NCBI RefSeq assembly: GCF_037042905.1
Contig: NC_087252.1
Coordinates: 27,406,001-27,470,000 of the forward strand
DNA length: 64,000 nt
Source: Lytechinus pictus
Lineage: Eukaryota
Direction: 5' to 3'
The position numbers and the translations under genes were made by a program. How positions within the stretch are numbered: the stretch's first letter is position 1; each line of letters opens with the position of its first letter. This document shows, one piece after another, positions 13,801 through 25,800 of the stretch. The notes under the pieces are model-generated. The model did not search any database and was not told where the DNA came from. It saw only the letters and a program-made list of their open reading frames with translations.

Positions 13801-16800
13801 CATTATTTATAAATAATGAAAAACAAACAATCAGTATTTATAAATAATGAAAAACAAATAATCATTATTTATAAATAATGGAATGTCGAACTATTATTAT
13901 TTACAAATAATGAAGTATTACTTGGAATTATATATAAATAATTAGAAATGTTATTTTATATAAAAGTAATTATTTACAAATAGAATGTAAATTATATATA
14001 AATAATAGTTATTATTTAATGAATAATGATTATATAACAAATAATTGTTCTACATAATATTGGTACAATCGGCGCCTCATATATAACGTGGGATCTAACT
14101 CAGCTCGACTCACGTTAGCTTGCTCCATGCTACCGATGCACGTCGTGTCCGACCGCGGCCGGGTCCGGCCGCCTTGGGGCCATTCCATGCAGGCATGTCC
14201 GCATATGGGAATGATACGATGTAATATCGATGTGGCAGATATGGCAAGTTCCGACTCGGAGTCCTCGTATAAGACACAGTAGAAGTCCGGATCTTTCTAA
14301 GTTAGTTGAGCCACATGGCTGATTGCTTGTGTGTTATGTTAAAACAGTAGTCGAGTACATCTTATTTAAGGCACTTGCCGGCTTAAAACGAAACTCGAAT
14401 TTCAATTTCATTTTATTTTCCCAGCGTGTTTGTCCCATTGAAGACACCGTTAGAAAAAAAATCGCACCGAAATGAAAAAAAATCGCCAAAAATCAAAAAC
14501 GCGTGTGATTACCAACGCGACGCGAGTGATTACGAACGCGAGTGAATATAATAAGCCGTCTAAATTGACTGTTGGTACTTCAATATGGACATAATATAGT
14601 TCATTAATAATATACATTGGGGATATGATTTTGGTGTCTACACTAGTATTTAAAGGGTCAAGTAATACTGTACATTTGGTCAAGTTGAAAGGACAGTCAG
14701 GTGTCATTATTGTGTCAAAAAAATCAAAGATGGCTTGAAAAATGGGGGTTATAATGTTACTAAAATATGGACATAGTACATCAAAAATACACCTGGGGAT
14801 ATTATTTTGGTGTCTACACTAGGGTTTCAAGGATCAAATTATACTTTGGGACTGGTTACAATTGTCCATTTTGCCTGAAAATCCAAGATGGCTTCCATAA
14901 ATGGGTTCTAAAATGACGACTGTTACTTTGAAGTGGATGTAATATCCACTTGTGAGAAATAATTTTGGTGCCTACATTCAAAATGCAAGCAGGTAAGAGA
15001 TGGCAACAGCACCCATTGATGTAATTTTAGAATCTACCTTGGATTTTGGACAAAATTGATAACTAACCATCCTTGTTACTTGTCCTAATGTAATAGTGGA
15101 CCCTTCATACCACAGTGTAGACACCAAAAATGTTTCTCACATGTTGATGTTGTATGAACTCAGATAATTTCTGAGTGATATAAGTCATTTTAGATGCCAT
15201 TTTGAAAATCCTCTTGGATTTTTAGGAAAAAATGGACAACTGGATATCATTGTAACCAGTCTAAACATATTTTTTAAACCTTGAAACCAAAGTGTGAACA
15301 CCAAATAATTTTTTCTTGGTGGATTTTAAATGAACTATGTCAATTTTTAAGTAACAGACTCCGATTAGACTCCAATTGTCGGAAGCCATCTTGGATGTTT
15401 AGACACATTGGATTACTGACTGTCCTTGTAACTTGTTCCAATGTACATGATGTATTTACTGACTTTTAAAACCATGGCTTAGATATCAAAATAATATGCC
15501 CTTGGCATATATTACACGAAATATGTCCATTTGTTAGAAACAGGAGCTATTCCATTTTTGGAAGCCACATTGGATTTTTGGACAAACTTGACCACTGACT
15601 GTCCTTGTTACTTGTCCTAATGCATTATTTGACCCATTTAACCATGACATAAACATATTCCAGGATATCAAACAAACTACTTTTTTAATGCAGCAACAGC
15701 AATTTTTGGAAGCCATCTTGGATTTTTTTTATATAATGGACAACTGACTGTCCATTCAACTTGTCATAGTGTATTATTTGACCATTGAACCATGGTCTAG
15801 ACACCAAAATCATATATCTCAGATTGATAGGAAATGACCTATATGTTCATTTATATATCAACAGCCATTTCAAACTCCATTTTTGGAAGCCGTCTTAGGG
15901 TTTTGGACACGTCAGACCACTGGCTGTCCTTGTAACTAGTCCCAATGTACTACTTCACCCTTAAAACCATCGCATAGAAACCAAATTAAGCCACTGAAAT
16001 TAGATGTTATTTGGTTGTCATGGCAATGGCTTAAGTTATTTGTACATCAACAGCAAACATATCTATGCTTTGCACCCTAAAATTAGGGGAAATTTATGAC
16101 AAAATGCAGATTTTAAACTGTTTTTCGATCAAATTTGGTGCTTTTCTTGGGAAAAAAGAGTCGTTGCCATGGCAATGGCCCATTTGCAACATTGATATTT
16201 ATCATTAACTTCAAGCACTACCAAGGTAACCTCAAATTTCATCATTCTAATGAACTAATGCGAAACACTGTAATCTTTGTTCAAAATTAAAAGACTGGGT
16301 CAAACCTTGAGTTAATTGTTATAAATTGCATTTTCCACCTGTCCATTATCATGTCAACCATGTTATATTTTTTTCAAATTAGATGTTATTTGGTTGCCAT
16401 GACAATGGATTTATATGTTATTTGCATGTTAACAGCAAACATATCTATTCTTACCCTAAAGTTAAGGGAAATGAAAGAAAAATTAGATTATACAGTCCTT
16501 TTTTTAAATCAAAACTGCTACTGTTCTTGGGTAAATGATCCATTGCTATGGCAACAGGCCATTTGGAACATTGATATTTATCGTTGAATTCAAGTATTAC
16601 CAAGGCAACATCAATGTTTATCATTTTAATTAGTTCATGCAGAACACTGACTGTATTATTTTCCCCTAAATTAGTCGAGTAGGTCAGACCTTACGAATGC
16701 ACATTAAGTTAATATTCATTGTATCTTTCACCTGTTTTTAACCTTATCATCCAATTTAAAAAAAAATTAGATGTTATTTGGTTGCCATGGCAATGGCTTA

Positions 16801-19800
16801 AGATGTTATATTTATATATTTATAAATTTAATCACAAACATATCTCGATTAGTACCTTTAAATTAGGGAAAATGGAATGATGATCATACCGTACATGTAT
16901 TCTACATTTTTATCAATATTTTTACCTTTCTAGAGGGAAATAAGCTGTTGCCATGGCAACGGGCCCTTTGTAAAATTGTTCCTTTTTAAATTTAATTCAA
17001 GCATTTCCAAAGCAACATAATATTTTATCTTTATAAAGAACTCCTGCAGAACAATTTTGTATTTTTTGTTCAAATGAGGGGGTCAAAACTTAAGCATACA
17101 GATTAAGTCAATTCCAATTGTATTTTCCACCTATCCATTGTCTTGACAACCATGTTATTTTTGTAAATTAGATGTTATTTGGTTGCCATGGCAATGGCTT
17201 GAGATGTAATTTACACATTTAGCAACCAAAATATCTTTGTTAAGCACTGTAAAATTAGGGGAAATTAAAGATATATCATATTTTACAACTTTTTTTAATC
17301 AAAATTTTTATTTTTCTGGGGAAAAACAAGCCGTTGCCATGGAAACGGACCAATTGGAACTATCTTGATGATCTTGAATATTTCTAAATTTCATATGTTT
17401 TCAATCGGGAGCCTGAAAATTATCATTTTGGTCATCTATATCATGTTTATTTACTATTTACATGGGAATGTACGTTGTTTTGGAGAAATTAATCCGTTGC
17501 CATGGCAACGGCCGAAAATGGCATTTATAAATTTACCTCCCATCTTTAAAATAAATCTTATGGCATATACTAATACTTGTGAAAGTTTTATGCTTTAGTC
17601 AAAATTTGCACAATTGTTGTGATTTTTGGAGCTAATCCGCTCTACTATCTGTAAAATAAGGGAGTATGCATTCATGGATTTTATATTAAAGGAGAATGAA
17701 ACTCTTGGAGCAAGTTAGCTTTTGTGAAAGCAGACAAATCAAAGAATAAGATCAACAAAAGTAGAGTAAAATAGGACAAGCAATAGAAGAGTTAAGAGCA
17801 TTTGAATGTCGAGATCACTAATGCTATGGAGATCCTCCCATTGGCAATGCGACCAAGATCTATGATGTCACAGATGAACAACTCTCCCCTTTTGGACACT
17901 GAAAATATACACCAAAATATATCTTTTTGCTCATTCTTATCATATGACAAACGATTCATCAATGATATAATGTTGTGAAACCTCTGTACTTGTCCTCTCA
18001 TAAAGGGAACACCTCACCTTGTGATAGACTCTATAAAAGTGAGAATATAAGTGAAAAAGGTACTAAAGTAATGAGGGAGTTGTACGTGTGTGACATCACA
18101 GATCTTGGTCGCATTGCCAATGGGAGGAACTACATGGCATTAGTGATCTCAATATTCAAATGCTCATAACTTTCTTATTATTCATTCAATCTTCCTCAAA
18201 CTTTCAATAATATGTTTCTTTGATTTTTCTCTTTGATATGGATTCAGCTGGTTTCTAGGGTTTCATTCTCCTTTAAGAGTACTACCTTCTTTTGACAAAT
18301 CATGTACTAAAATGTGATACATGAGCAGATATTTCACTTAAAATACCATTTCATAAAAAAATATTGCTTTTATGACTATCACTATTAATTTAATTATTGG
18401 TAGTATTACCATCCTGGTCATCATTACTATAAATAATATCTGTATTATTCTTGATATTAAAAAACTGTCATCATTATTACCATCCTTGCAATAGTCATTA
18501 ATAATACTGCCATTATCCTTGTCTCATCCTTATTACTATTATTACTATCATTGTCATTATGGTCCATCTTATTCATCTCTGCTATTAATTACTATGTTTC
18601 ATAACCAAGTCGGACAATGCTATCTTTTGAAACCATTATCAACGATATGAATTGGTACTTACCTTTTGACTTTGGCGAGGTCGCTTGCTCGTCATTCGGT
18701 CTCTCTTCAACACCACTGCCATCTGTCGACGGCTGAACATGCGCATTTATCTTCTCAATGAGTTCATCGAACTTTTCATCCTCGAACCTGGCTTGAGTTG
18801 TCTCTTTGGTGAAATCGATGTAGAGAAGCTGGGTGAAAGTCATGCTCATCGGTCCTTCCGGTGGCCATACCATCTCTTCAAGCAGCAGGGGAATGATTGG
18901 TTTCCGGAGCGCGTCAGAAAGACTCACTTCACGTCGGCAGTTGGCGGAGAGGGCGTACTTCGGTGTCACGCAGGAAATGACCACCTGCGGCATGAAGCAA
19001 ACCCGGAATTATTCTATGGCTCCTGTCAAGTCGTAGTAAGCCACATCGGCATTCAAACGCTATCCTGTCAAGGTATTTTGTTACTTTTTTTTTTTTTTTT
19101 TTTTTGGGGGGGGGGGGGATAAAATCAATCAATCAATCATTTAGTCCGGATGATCTATGTAATCACCAAGTTAAGAAGACAGCCTGTGAAGGACTTTGCC
19201 AAAATGAAAATGTCGGCAGACATTCGACCAAACAGCAAGCCTCAGCATTTTCCAAAAATTCCCCAGACCGTAGAGAACACTGGAAGCCAAGCCACACCTC
19301 TCTCATAAATACCAACCAGAGTTACCTGAAGATGAGAGTTAATTATATTCAGGATGTTTTAACAAACATCGCATACTTAACTGTGATATAATCATTCGAT
19401 ACTATCTCAGGTTAGAGATGAAACCCTTTATGGTTCAACTATAGATAATAGTGCACATTATTATTATTGGGGGGGGGGACATTTTGCTAATTTTTTTGAT
19501 ATGGTGATCATGGATATTAATACCTTAGCATTCCTGACTCCCTTGTCAATCTTGGAATAGAGTGGATCCCCACCACCCATTTGATTGATATCTAACCAAC
19601 AGTGGTAGCCTAAACCACTGAGACGTGAGAACAGTCTCTTGATCTCGGGTTGCTTGCCCCACTGGTATGAGATGAACACCGATGGATGCTCCGAAGATTC
19701 CTGGAGTGAGGGAAAAAAAGAGGGAATGGTTGATAACTGCGAAGATTTTGACTGATTTCAACTTAACCAATAGGTTTGAAAGAAATATTTCAGAAAAAAT

Positions 19801-22800
19801 ACCCGCCAATCCCTTAAAACTGAAAAAAAAAGTTCAATGGGACACCATAGCTGGAATAGGTAGAGTGGTCATTGTAAATTACTTGTATAAAGCGGTGATA
19901 GTGTGAAATTTAAATATCGTTTCCAGGTCACAAAGTTTAGGTGACGTCAGAAGCATAGGTTTTTGTTGCCAGTCAATAGGGGGCGTTGTATTTTTCCCCC
20001 ATGTTTTTACTTAGTTTGGGAAAACTTGCTAATTTGTTGTCATCGTTATTTCTGCTTTCAGACCAAGCCCAATGTTGTAAGTATTTAAAAAAACGATGTT
20101 TATATGATGAAGAATCGTTGACTGTTAGTGTGTTTTAAGAAATGATTCAAATGATGAATATCTGGTTGAAATTTTGTTCCAAAAGTTGTATGAATTATCG
20201 CTCGTGTTCAGTGAATGTTATTTTCGCCTTTTCGGCGTATCTATATGTACAAGTACAGTACTATATTTGTAGTGCGCGAAAGTTGAACGCAGCACACACG
20301 TGTGTTGATTTAGGCTAGTTATCGTTTTCATTTACACAAGATATGAAAAGTAAATGGTACATAATTGCATGAAGTGGTTTGTTAGTGACGAGATGATTTA
20401 TGTTTTTTTTTATGATAATAGTGATATGTCACGATAGCCGCATGCACAAGTGGCATGACTGAAAGTAGGTCAACAAGCTAGAGATGCCTTGGCTCCGACT
20501 AGGTGCATACTTTCTGTAGTCTTAGGCATGGCTGAATGTGTTTTAAATATAGAATTTTTGATATGAGAAACAAATGTGAGAATTTAATCATATGTTGATG
20601 TTTCGGTTGAGGTTATATTACAAAATGGTTATTGTAGTTGTTTCATTTGGATGCAGCCTGCTGATGAATAATTGGAAGCCTTTTATGATAACAACCGTGA
20701 TAAGAAGTAAAATAAGGACAGTTGTTACATTTTCTGGTCAGTTGATGTCTCAGGGTCATGTACAATTAAAAGCTTTGTGAATGTAGTTAGTTATTGGATT
20801 ATTAAGGCTACATTCGACAATTGTACAAGCTTTTTGCGTGACATTCAATTTATGATTGTTTATGGTTTTTCATTAAACTGCAGGTCGAACCATGCATTCA
20901 AGCATTTAGCAATTGGTATCGCAACTCGGTTTGATTTTGTGATTTTTGCTAACGATGAACATACAGATTAATGAGACTTAAACGTCACAGTCATTACAAA
21001 AAAATGGAGGAAGGGTATTCGTAGACTTTTGACAAGGCCTCGTGATTTGGCTAGGCCTATGTTCTTCCTCAAGTAATGGCTGAAATGAGGGTAGCGATCG
21101 AACTGGTGAAACCTGGGTGAATGCGAGATGAAGCGACTCTAGTGGATGGCTCTTGATGGTTCGTTCACCCGGTTTGGGGCGATTATAGTCTTTTCTTACT
21201 AGTCGCTCAGTTCATGAAATACGCGTCATCGGACATGAGGCCTTGGCTAAAAGCTTGGGTATTCGCGGAGATTGTTTATATACGAATGAAAAAAAAATCC
21301 ACTGTCACATCCCCTCCAATCCACAACAAATACTTGTAATATTTTTACTCTCCATGGTCATGTCCTATTTTCATAGGGGCCGTGAGATCACAAAAGTATT
21401 ACAGAATTAACACCCATCCAAACCCCATGCCTTTCTTCTCGATTAATCATCGGATTCTTGAAATTGGGTACAACACACAACGCACAGGAAACTTCCTTAT
21501 CCAGATCCCCTTCCCATATCCCCCTTCCTTTCGGCCCATGAATTACGATGTTTTGATACAAATGAAATGTTTCCTGTCCGCTTGTTTTGCCCTAGCTTCA
21601 ATTTAAACGTTTAACCCCCTAATTTCAGAGATCCTGTGCCGCCACTAGCGCTTATAAATTCTGGTGCTCACCGTTACTGCTGTGTTCTGTTGCAGCGCCG
21701 TCGTGTTCCCTGTTTCATCTGATACCTTCTTCACGGTGAGTGGAGTGTCTTCTACTTGAGGAATCCAGTCTCGGTACTCTGGAGTAATGGGGAATGGGCA
21801 AAAGGGTTAACAATGGGGAGTTAAACTACTAATTCGACACACCACCGACTTCAAACTCGACCTGTCTACCCCTTGACCAAGACTGGAGTTAAAACTACAA
21901 AACAAGTACGTCACTCTATTGAATCTAAAATCAAATTCTACACAAACATTTGGAACAATGTCAAAGGTACTTTCTGTTTGCTTGAATCATCATTGTCCTA
22001 ATTCAAAATCTTCATTTTGAGACTTCAATCAAACAAACCAAAAATACACTCAAACTTTCTATTGAAATAAGAAGTTGTAAGTTTCTCAGTGCTGACAGAT
22101 CATTTCAAAACTTACTGCACACGTTGCATCAGAAATGTCTTTACTAAATAAACATCACATTGATAATCCGTATGTCATTCTTAAACATGGTGTGTTCTCT
22201 TACCGTCGGAAACCATGCTTTCATCCGGGGTGGCATGGTATGATATCTGGCCCAGAAGTTCTGAGAACTTTGCATCGTCCCAGAACTTTTCTCCCCTCAC
22301 GTATTCCTTGTCGTTGAAGAATTGAATGTAAAGTAGCTGTGCGAAAAGCATGCTCATGGCGCCCTCTGGCGGCCATCTGGTTTGGTCAATGAGGACGGGA
22401 ATGATTGGCTTGTTCAGCAGATTGGCAAGATTCACCTTAACAAAACAAGTGAAAGGATTAGGATACATACACCGAAACTGAGGTTTGATTACTATTTTTG
22501 AAGCAATTTAACACAGAACATGTAATGAAGATTACCAGAAGTAAAGTCTAATCATTTAAAAACATAACTTTGATGGATTGGTTACTCGATCGAACAAACA
22601 TGATTACACCATAGTCATCATTCAGCTTACCTCTTTGTTACAGTTCTCGGAGTTGGAGTATTTCTCTGTCACCATACAGAGTACCACTTTGGATGACCTC
22701 ATGCCCTGGCTGATCTTGGCGAATAACTGATCTCCTCCACCCATCTGACCAATGTCCATCCAACAAGGAAACCCGGCCATCTCTAGGTGCTTGCGGATGG

Positions 22801-25800
22801 CCTTCACTTCCGGTTGGTGGTCCCACTGGTAGCTTAAGAATACTGTCGGGGGCTTCTCAAAGTCGTCTGATGGTGCTTGTGGCACCAGCATTTCTGTGAG
22901 AGACACATGGGAGCATACGATTCCCGGTTCATACTATTATAGAAACTTCCCCAAACGATAACTACCAGGGGAATAGGGCTAGGCGGTCAATCTAAATCAA
23001 AGGTTCCATGGTAGTTTCTATAACGGAAAAACTAACTGGATGCCAGACCTTCGTAACACACAGTCGGCTTGACATATCATCAGACCTTTACCACTTGTTG
23101 TGCCATTCTACTACCACACCACTTTTGATGAAAGTCAAATGAGTTCTTTGTGTGTAAATGGTTTTGTGGACATTCACATCGCGTTGTATGAGATTTCCAA
23201 GCATCAAAATATTGATGTCCACTCTAATCCAGAATTTTACATGATGCCTCTCACATTCTTTTGGGAAAGATATGTAAAAATCTGCATACGGGATGCAGTC
23301 ACTATCAGATAAGTATTGCAATACAGTTGAACAAAAATAGTGACAATGCTAAATGATATCATGAAGATGAAACTACCCATTTAATCGCTCATTAGACTTT
23401 CTTTCTTCTATTATACCAACTTTTATATCAAAGTATTCCTTTAGGAAGCGAACTAAAGTATTTGCAAACCTGCTTCCTCTAGTGACTGCGTGATGATTTC
23501 TGCCGCATCGGTCCTGCCCATGTCCTCCAAGGCACTAAGTATGGCGTAGGTGGCATCACTGCTCTTGTGAGTGGTATACCATTCTGCCAGGATGGCCATG
23601 GTAGGGTCGGGTGACAGAGCCCAGTTGCGGATGTCTTCACCGGAGTAGCCGAGACGGACGGCCAAGAACCTCCAATCGTGCTCATGCTCGGGGTTTAACA
23701 GCTTCGAAACGTCCCTTGACCATTTAGGAGCGTTAGTAATGGTCTGTGGAAGGAAATCAATCATATTATATCATAAAAGGTGCAAACTAAGATGGTGAAA
23801 CGACATTTGCTCTGGGCTTTATTTCGTCTAAGATATGGGGTTAGGTTAGTGTTGCAATAGGATAGGATCTTGTGATCGGTGTAGGGTTAGGTTTAGGATA
23901 GTGTATAGTGCAAATAAATCCATGGTTGAAGTTGGTCATTCTATTAATGTGTGGAATTGCAGCGGAGCATTTGTCCCAGGTGCAAATATCATGGGACCGT
24001 TAAGATATTTAACCTATGTTGTAAAGGGGTGTATTTGCAATAGCGCCGGTATAAGTAGTACTAGATGCGTCAACAGCAGCTACCGTAGCACCAGCAGCAT
24101 ATTAGCAGAAGTATTAGTAGCAGGAATGGTCGTCATAGTAGTGTGATAAACTTTGGAGCAGCATTGCCGCCGATATTGCCTGTCATGAAGTGAATATCAG
24201 GTGTAACAACTACACAAAAAATGTTCCTTAAACAAGTTAAAACTGTAATCGAAGTTTCAACAGTAGGCTCGGCTGAATAAGAGCCTGTAGGCATGTCATC
24301 CTAGCAGAAGACAATTAAGGTATTCCAAATGATATGTCTTTTTAAATTTCCATGCCATTTGCTATCTAGGTAATCGGCTATCTCTCTTTAATCTTGTGAT
24401 GATTACCCAATGCCTCTAAAATGAACAAACGTTTGGCGCAGATGAGGAATCCCAATCGTACTTCACCTCATCATGATCAAATACTTGTTGCCATCATTCA
24501 ACAATGAAAATCTAAAATATTAACATAATTTTCACCTTGTGGTCAATCTCTTCCACTTTCTCGACCGTCTCGTCCACGACTTCTTCCAACTCATCAAGTC
24601 TTTGGCCCTGGTCGTTGACGTCGCTCTTCACATTCTCGATATCTTCAGCTTGTTGGGCCACTGTCTCATCGATTCTTGAGACATCATTCTCAGTGTTGGT
24701 TACCCTATTGTCCAAATTGTCGATGTCTTCTCTTTGCTCAGCAACGTCTTCACTGAGTACTAGAAGGCTAGAATTTTAATATAGAAAGTGGACAAAATAA
24801 TGCAGTCCTTCACTGAGTAATAACAGTAATATAGGTACAGTTGTGCTCACAAGTTAGTGAAACCAACCACAAAATGGACTCCTTCATGCCGAGTGTTGAA
24901 TGTAGACAACAACACTACAATGTTCAGCGAGCCCAGATAAACAAACAAAATTAATATTGATTGTAATAAATTATTGCCTGACTTTACAATTAAATATCTA
25001 AAACTTGACAGAACTTGAATACTTTTAAATATGCTCATTTCTGGTAGGGTTCACACACTTCAGAACACAACGGTAATTATGTAACACTTTATACATTAGA
25101 CTGACGTCTCCAGGCGCTTTACAGACACATACCCCGGTCATCAGATCCTGGCTTATCCACACACAATTTATGCATTTCCTTCATGTGGACCACTGCAGCA
25201 GGAGTTTATAATCTAAATAAGTCGCTTTGCCAGGGAAGAAGTGCATAATGCGTCTACAAGGAAATAAAACGTTAGTCCCTTAGGCCCGTATTCTGAAGCC
25301 GGGTTTAACTTAAACTCGGGTTTAAAGTTGTGGTTTAAGTATGGATATCCAACTGTTACATAAATCACTAACGGTAGAGATATCATATTTCAACTAATTT
25401 GGCTCTCAAAAAATTCATAATTGTTTAGGAAGTATAAATAGATGATTGTCTTCACCATCGATGAATCAGGAAAGAGCACAGTAAACATAAGAAATATACA
25501 ACTTAATAAATTTTTTGACACTTTTGGCTTCCCATAATTTTAGCACAGAGATAGACCATGGTCTAAGTTAAATCTGACTTCAGAATACGGGCCATAGTGA
25601 CTGCAGGACTTGACTTTGGTGTAGGAAAAGGATAACAGTATCGACATGATATCAATCGTTACATTACCTTCTGCCTTCTAGAAAATTGATCAAGTCCTGG
25701 ACCAGATCTGGAACCCCGATCTGTTGGCACGTCCTAAGCTTCTCAATGTTCGGTTTGTAGACCGCTAAGCATTCCTTGTGGTCTCTGGCTACCCTCTTGA

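Noticed and set aside
12851..14282. Two identical 64-aa ORFs on opposite strands
   Set aside because: By-product of the inverted arms; GTG start and no protein features.
8322..17598. Paired 77-aa ORFs (8322-8555 and 17365-17598)
   Set aside because: Chance frames in the foldback arms.
19845..21360. Possible P-like insertion in intron 15 (CATAG...CCATG)
   Set aside because: No matching TIR pair or TSD could be established.
18663..23743. Naming the gene SARM1, MYD88 or VEPH1
   Set aside because: No SAM domains, no PH domain, and two TIRs plus a long N-terminal region; the architecture fits none of these.
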